64,000 nucleotides of DNA, taken from positions 17,426,029 through 17,490,028 of the forward strand of contig MU054323.1 of assembly GCA_013239625.1 (NCBI GenBank), read 5' to 3'. This DNA comes from Lama guanicoe (Eukaryota). The notes below the pieces were generated by a model. The model was not told the DNA's origin, made no database searches, and was given only the letters and a program-made list of their open reading frames with translations. Positions 63,351-64,000 of this stretch are shown in pieces. Position numbers and translations under genes: made by a program. Within the stretch, counting starts at the first letter, position 1. Each line of letters begins with the position of its first letter.

Positions 63351-64000
63351 CCCTCCTGCCAAGGACTGTGTGTACGCTGCTGTTTCAGATTTATCTTTTT
63401 GAAAAATGAGACTGTTCAAGAGAGGAACGTTCCAACAGCTTTATTCTTTAATCTTTCAAAGGACACCAGTTTATAAGGCTGTTCTTGGGTCCAGCTAGTG
63501 CTGTCAGCAGGCTCTGCCTTGAAGTGGTCCCCTTGCTCAACCCCATTCTTGTTCTTCAGCATTTTGTTTTTAGGAGGTAAATAGGGCCATTAGTCACTAT
63601 TCAACTCCTACCTTTAAAACTCAGACCTTGAAAAATGGATCCTTGGTCTAAGTTCATAAAACCAAAATCATGGCTCTGGGTGTGTGACCTATGCAGGTAT
63701 CACTCTCTATTTGGGCAGCTTATGTGCTCTGAAAAATGAGACCAGCATTGAGTCTTACAAAAATGAGACCTGTGCTAAGTCAATCTAGCTTGAGAGAATA
63801 CCATCAGAAAGGGGGAAGGGACATTTTCTAGAATTTTACAAATCATTTCAACTTTGAAATATTAGGACATTTTCTTAAGGTCAAAGAAACAAATACGTAT
63901 GCCTCAATGCACTTTGGAATGCCTTTACGTGTTTCTGTTGTAATATAATTATCATGGAATGCAGGTGAGCCAAAGACCGGACACCCTTTTCCCCCTGGGC

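Noticed and set aside
1..64000. Prokaryotic-style systems (operons, CRISPR, defence loci) or NUMT/contamination
   Set aside because: No gene-dense or codon-biased stretch; the content is explained by a mammalian intron, promoter and repeats.

Overview
Mammalian genomic DNA, very probably camelid (alpaca, llama or camel), judged from tRNA-Ala-derived Vic-1-type SINEs and lineage-specific L1 3' ends. The only protein-coding sequence I can support is the first coding exon of SOS1 on the minus strand (48238-48324, [29 protein letters not shown], then a GTGAG donor). It lies in a CpG-island promoter with a ~100-N assembly gap, and a second CpG island sits ~3 kb upstream. Positions 1-48237 are SOS1 intron 1, and exon 2 is not in the window. 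Positions beyond ~51.5 kb are upstream intergenic DNA. Both regions are dominated by decayed L1, L2, MIR, MaLR/ERVL LTRs, DNA-transposon MITEs and SINEs, plus a full-length RPL23A processed pseudogene. I found no prokaryote-type or clearly new multi-gene system. The best leads are: (i) a SOS1 5' architecture with an in-frame polyproline uORF, an internal splice acceptor that would skip it, and an upstream CpG promoter; (ii) a TSD-bounded chimeric retroposon at 2794-3234; (iii) a five-tier nested insertion stack at ~7.1-12.5 kb; (iv) a candidate poison exon in intron 1. Repeat subfamily names are from recall of consensus sequences and boundaries without TSDs are approximate; both need RepeatMasker/Dfam confirmation.
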